Shown here: one piece after another, positions 62,083 through 64,000 of the stretch
Layout: each line of letters begins with the position of its first letter
How positions within the stretch are numbered: the stretch's first letter is position 1
Source: Scyliorhinus canicula
Lineage: Eukaryota
Assembly (NCBI RefSeq): GCF_902713615.1
Contig: NW_024055487.1
Location: forward strand, 267,500 to 331,499
Reading direction: 5' to 3'
DNA length: 64,000 nucleotides
Position numbers and translations under genes: made by a program
The notes under the pieces: generated by a model
What the model was told of the DNA's origin: nothing
The model's input: only the letters and a program-made list of their open reading frames with translations
The model's database searches: none

Positions 62083-64000
62083 GATGTGGAGATGCCGGCG
62101 TTGGACTGGGGTGAGCACAGTAAGAAGTCTTACAACACCAGGTTAAAGTCCAACAGGTTTGTTTCAAACACGAGCTTTCGGAGCACGGCTCCTTCTTCAG
62201 GTGAATGGAGAGGCTTGTTCCAGAAATGTTTATATAGACACAGTCAGAGATGCCCCGGAATGCGAGCACCTGCAGGCAATCAAATCATCAAAGATGCAGA
62301 GAGAGAGGTAACTCCAGGTTAAAGAGGTGTGAATTGTCCCAAGCCAGTTCAGTCGGTAGGCCTCTGCAAGTCCAGGCTTGTTGGTGGGGGCCGAATGTAA
62401 TGCGACATGAATCCCAGATCCCGGTTGAGTCCGCATTCATGCGTGCGGAACTTAGCTATAAGTTTTTGCTCAGCAATTTTGCGTTGTCGCGTCTCCTGAA
62501 GGCCTCCTTGTAGAATGCTGACCCGGAGATCAGAGGCTGAATGTCCTTGACTGCTGAAGTGTTCCCCAACTGGAAGGGAACAGTCCTGCCTGTTGATAGT
62601 CGCACGATGCCCGTTTATTCGTTGTCGCAGTGTCTGCATGGTCTCGCCAATGTACCACGCTTCGGGACATCCTTTCCTGCAGCGTATGAGGTAGACTACA
62701 TTGGTCGAGTCGCACGAGTATGCGCCGCATACCTGGTGGGTGGTGTTTCCACGTGTAATGGTGGTGTCCATGTCGATGATCTGGCATGTCTTGCAGAGAT
62801 TACCCTGGCAGGGTTTTGTGGTGTTGTGGTTGCTGTTCTGAAGGCTGGGTAATTTGCTGCAAACAATGGTTTGTTTGAGGTTGCGCGGTTGTTTGAAGGC
62901 CAGTAGTGGGGGTGTGGGGATGACCTTGGCAAGATGTCCATCCTCGCTGATGATGTGTTGGAGGCTGCGAAGAAGATGTCGTAGTTTCTCCGCCCCAGGA
63001 AAGTACTGGACGACGAAGGGTACTCTGTCAGTGGTGTCCCGTGTTTGTCTTCTGAGGAGGTCGGTGCGGTTTTTTGCTGTGGCGCGGTGGAACTGTCGAT
63101 CAATGAGTCGAGCGCCATATCCCGTTCGTACGAGGGCATCTTTCAGCATCTGTAGGTGTCTGTTGCGCTCCTTCTTGTCTGAGCAGATCCTGTGTATACG
63201 GAGGGCTTGTCCATAGGGGATGGCTTCTTTAATGTGTTTCGGGTGAAAGCTGGAGAAGTGGAGCATCGTGAGATTATCTGTGGGCTTGCGGTAAAGCGAG
63301 GTGCTGAGGTGACCGTCCTTGATGGAGACGAGTGTGTCCAAGAATGGAACTGAATTTGGAGAATAGTCCATGGTGAGTTTGATGGTGGGATGGAACTTAT
63401 TGATGTCATCGTGTAGTCGTTTCAGTGATGTCTCGCCGTGGGTCCAAAGGAAAAAAATGTCATCGATGTATCTGGTGTATAGCATCGGTTGAAAGTCCTG
63501 TGTGGTGAGGAAGTCCTGTTCAAACTTGTGCATGAAGATGTTGGCATATTGAGGTGCAAATTTGGTCCCCATGGCTGTTCCGTGCGTCTGGATGAAGAAT
63601 TTGTTGTCGAAGGTGAAGACGTTGTGGTCTAGAATGAAACGGATGAGTTGCAGAATTGCGTCTGGAGATTGGCAGTTGTCGGTGTTGAGGACTGAGGCTG
63701 TTGCAGCAATGCCGTCGTCATGGGGGATGCTGGTGTAGAGTGCCGAGACATCCATCGTGACGAGGAATGTTCCTGGTTCAACTGGTCCATGGGTGCTGAG
63801 TTTCTGTAGGAAGTCCGTCGTGTCGCGACAGAAGCTGGGTGTACCTTGTACGATGGGTTTCAAGATGCCCTCGATGTGGCCACAGAGGTTCTCACACAGG
63901 GTCCCATTGCCTGAAACGATAGGACGGCCTGGTGTGTTGGCCTTGTGTATTTTCGGGAGGCAGTAGAGATCTCCAATGCGGGGATTACGTGGGATGAGAG
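62083..64000 (-). mobile_element. Penelope-like retroelement (RT plus GIY-YIG endonuclease), runs off the window end
   Basis: ORF 62349..63863 has MDVSALYTSIP, GTAMGTKFAP, RYIDDIF, then CKTC...VVYLIRC...YIGET..TLRQRINGHR; frame stays open to the window end. Confidence 0.93.

Overview
Eukaryotic, repeat-rich DNA from a cartilaginous fish (shark-type SINEs, CR1 and Penelope elements; species cannot be fixed from sequence alone). It holds a mixed antigen-receptor region. Plus strand: one NAR-TCR cassette (leader, NAR-type V, D, J, then a leaderless supporting TCR-delta V); both V exons look defective, and the delta V is followed by nine tandem 23-spacer RSS copies. Next is a two-exon GPR139-like GPCR with one nonsense codon. 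Minus strand, convergent with these: a complete IgM heavy-chain gene (leader, already-joined in-frame VDJ, CH1-CH4, TM1, TM2) whose membrane form is an open 593-aa frame but whose secretory tailpiece is broken. The rest is CR1, L1-like, Rex1-like and Penelope retroelements, SINEs, hairpin elements and minisatellites. Exons and RSSs were read by hand; repeat boundaries are approximate.
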